A DNA stretch of 22,060 nt from Fonticula alba ATCC 38817. Its lineage: Eukaryota; Protista; Nucleariida. Position numbers and translations under genes: made by a program. Under the pieces are notes generated by a model. It saw nothing but the letters and a program-made list of their open reading frames with translations. It did no database searches and had not been told where the DNA came from. Shown here in pieces: positions 19,673 to 22,060 of the stretch. How positions within the stretch are numbered: the first letter of the stretch is position 1; each line of letters opens with the position of its first letter. The DNA lies in NCBI GenBank assembly GCA_000388065.2, contig KB932215.1. One strand, given 5' to 3'.

Positions 19673-20411
19673 CGGAGCGGGCGCGGGCGGGACAAAGAAA
19701 AGTGCGTGGCGCGGTCGCGAGACCGAGAGACCGTCAATCGGGAGGGGTCGGCCCGCGAGGGGAGACAGAGACAAAGAGAGAGGGGGAGAGAGAGANNNNN
19801 NNNNNNNNNNNNNNNNNNNNNNNNNNNNNNNNNNNNNNNNNNNNNNNNNNNNNNNNNNNNNNNNNNNNNNNNNNNNNNNNNNNNNNNNNNNNNNNNNNNN
19901 NNNNNNNNNNNNNNNNNNNNNNNNNNNNNNNGAGAGGGGGAGAGAGAGAGAGAGGGGGGGGGAGGGAGAGACAGAGAGACAGAGAGGGAGAAAAGAGGGG
20001 GGAGAGAGGGAGAATGGATGATCGGGCTGTGCCGTAACAGCACAAGTCATGCCCGTGTCCCAAGACCAACACCGTGAACGGGCTCCCCCTTGCGCGAGCC
20101 CCCCACCCCGGCCCCAGCGGATCGACGAGAGTGTGGCAACGCCCGGACCCCACAGGGCGCTCCCTCCCCCGGCCTGCCGGCTTGCCGGGATATGCGTGGC
20201 GCGCGGCGGAGATGGCGCGCGGCGGTAGCAAGCTGCCCACGGACGCTACTGCCCACGCTTCGGGCTGCATGCCACTCGATCACAGCCCGCGCCCGGACCT
20301 CCGCGCCCGGACCTCCGGCGAATGCCGCGCCTGCCGCCTGCGCCCCTTTCTCACCCCGTGAACAGAGATGGCAGGGTGGTATCGGCGAAGTACAAAGAGG
20401 CTCGATCCCCG

Positions 20412-21943
20412 CTACCGGTCCATGTCGTGCGACTTGCCGACCATCCCTCGAAGGAGATCGACCGCCACCCGCAGGCCGAAGCCGAGGTTGAAGCCGGCCG
20501 CCATGGCCGGATAGGCCAAGCACCAGACCCAGGCGGCCAGCCGGCCGGCCAGCATGCCGATCGGCAGCCGGCCCGTGGGGGGCCTCGCCGCCGCTGCCGG
20601 GCAGGCCCCACTGGGCGCCATTTCCGCCGGGAGGCTGCCACCAGATGCCATGTCGGCCGGGGGATGCGGCCCGGGGACGGCCGGCGGGCTGGCCATGGCG
20701 CCGGAACCCGCGTCGCCGCCGGCCACCACCGACCCCGGCACCGTGACAAAATCCACCACCGCCTCCTGGCAGGGCCCGCGCCGGGTGCCGAGCCCGCACA
20801 GGAAGCCCCGATGCACATACCGGAAGGGGCCCGGCCGCCGGGCGTACGAGGAGAACACTGCATCGGCACATGGCGCACATCGGTCAGCAAAGCCCAACCG
20901 GAGCAGGGGCGAGAAGGGAAAGGCCCCGGCAAAGGGCCCGGGATGGGCGCCTGCGCACCTTGCCCAAGGTAGACCCCATGGTGCTTGGCCAGCTGGGCGG
21001 ACATGGGCCAAGGCCCGGCCGCCGGGTCCAAGGGGGCCGCGCTGTCGCCGGCCACGAAGATCCCCCGGTCGACCGTATGCCCGCCGGCCATGACCTCGCC
21101 ACTGGCATCCACCGCCGGGGCCATGCTGTCGCCCTCGGCGTCGCCCGGCTCCATAACGGCTCGCAGGAAGCTGCATTCCCCACGCGACCGGTCAGTATAT
21201 CGCACGCGCGGCATCCATCCAATCCAGGGCCCGGCTCCATGTGGGGGTATATACACACATACTTGCACACATGCATGCATGTACACATGCACACATGCAT
21301 GCATGTACACATGCACACATGCATGCATGCACACATGTGCACATACTCGCACACATACTCGCACACATATACACACATACATACATACACACACATATAC
21401 ACAAAATACACTCTCTCTCTCTCTCACACACGCACCCGTCCACCAGCAGACGCCCAGTTCGCGGCTCACGCCGGAAACAGCGGTCCAACGAATGGACCAG
21501 CTCCGCGGGCTGGTTGCCGGCGGCCCAGATCAGCAGCCCGCATGCCAGATGCCGCTCCGCAGCTTGCTCGGCCCCGGCCGCGATCGCATCGCGTGCACTC
21601 GCCGGACGCAGCACCACCCGGATGGCCTGGTCCGCCCGGGCCCCCGGGCGATCTCCATCCCCCGCACCGCTGGCCGGAGGCGGGCCCGAACATCCGCCGG
21701 GCCCCGGGCCGCTGTCGGCCTCGCCCGGACCAAGGACCCGGACCACGCGGCTGCCGAGATGCAGGCGGATGTTCGGGCTGCGGTCCGGGTCCCGGAGGAG
21801 CTCCAACACCCGCTGGCGCAGCGCCGGCCCCAGCGTCGCATTGCCCAGCACGCAGGTGCCCGGATCCACCAGGTGCACCCGGGCCATGTCGGCCAGCTCC
21901 CGGCCAAAGGTCGGCCCCGCATACCGCGCCACGAAGGCCTGGA
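20412..21943 (-). CDS. Type II NADH:quinone oxidoreductase (NDH-2, NDE1/NDI1-like), 3' part; exons 21943-21436, 21170-20959, 20857-20412; 5' exons lie outside the window
   Basis: Spliced product reads RVHLVDPGTCVLG..IRLHLGSRVVRV..LLIWAAGN..GRLLVDG|FLRAV..GIFVAGDSA..WPMSAQLAKHHGVYLGQ|V..PFRYVHRGFLCGLG..EAVVDF..LAGRLAAWVWCLAY..LRVAVDLLRGMVGKSHDMDR*. This is the canonical NDH-2 C-terminal motif order, including the membrane-anchor helices. Phase-consistent GTGCG..CAG introns with CTGAC branch points. Confidence 0.88.
21250..21432 (+). repeat. Compound alternating purine-pyrimidine repeat (24-mer CACATGCATGCATGTACACATGCA x~3, CATA/CA runs, (CT)n) filling an NDH-2 intron
   Basis: Read directly within intron 21435-21171. 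Confidence 0.9.
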
Positions 21944-22060
21944 CTGCGGCGGACCATCCAACGGGAGGCCCACCCGGAGGGGGACCAGGGGAAGACACCC
22001 ACGGTCAGAGTCGGATCCGGCAATCGGCAACGGCGCAGAAGCTACCCTCCCCCCCCCCCC

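Noticed and set aside
21944-21998. GGPPVG as a degenerate second Rossmann GGGPTG motif of NDH-2, with a start at 21998
   Set aside because: The segment lies between a CTGAC branch point and a CGCAG acceptor at 21944, so it is better explained as intron; the true motif should be in an upstream exon outside the window.

Overview
This is eukaryotic nuclear DNA from a very GC-rich, intron-rich draft assembly. It has spliceosomal GT-AG introns with CTGAC branch points, many G/C homopolymers, GA/CA microsatellites and three N gaps. The style suggests a unicellular eukaryote, possibly Fonticula-like (inference, not verifiable here). Most ORFs in the six-frame track are GC artefacts. Hand-splicing gives six well-supported genes, all on the minus strand: (1) a complete 9-exon, ~1065-aa divergent UPF1-type SF1B helicase with an intact CH zinc domain; (2) tRNA-Arg(ACG); (3) a 117-aa Gln-rich hydrophilic protein with a TATA promoter and a 5'-UTR intron; (4) a 3-exon ~163-aa orphan protein with an acidic tail; (5) an intronless 646-aa protein made of about eight tandem tri-helical HTH-like units behind a mitochondrial-presequence-like N-terminus; (6) the 3' part of a divergent type II NADH dehydrogenase. 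The tandem-HTH protein is the best candidate for something undescribed, followed by the derived UPF1, which carries Pol II CTD-like heptads in its linker and a basic, SQ-poor tail.
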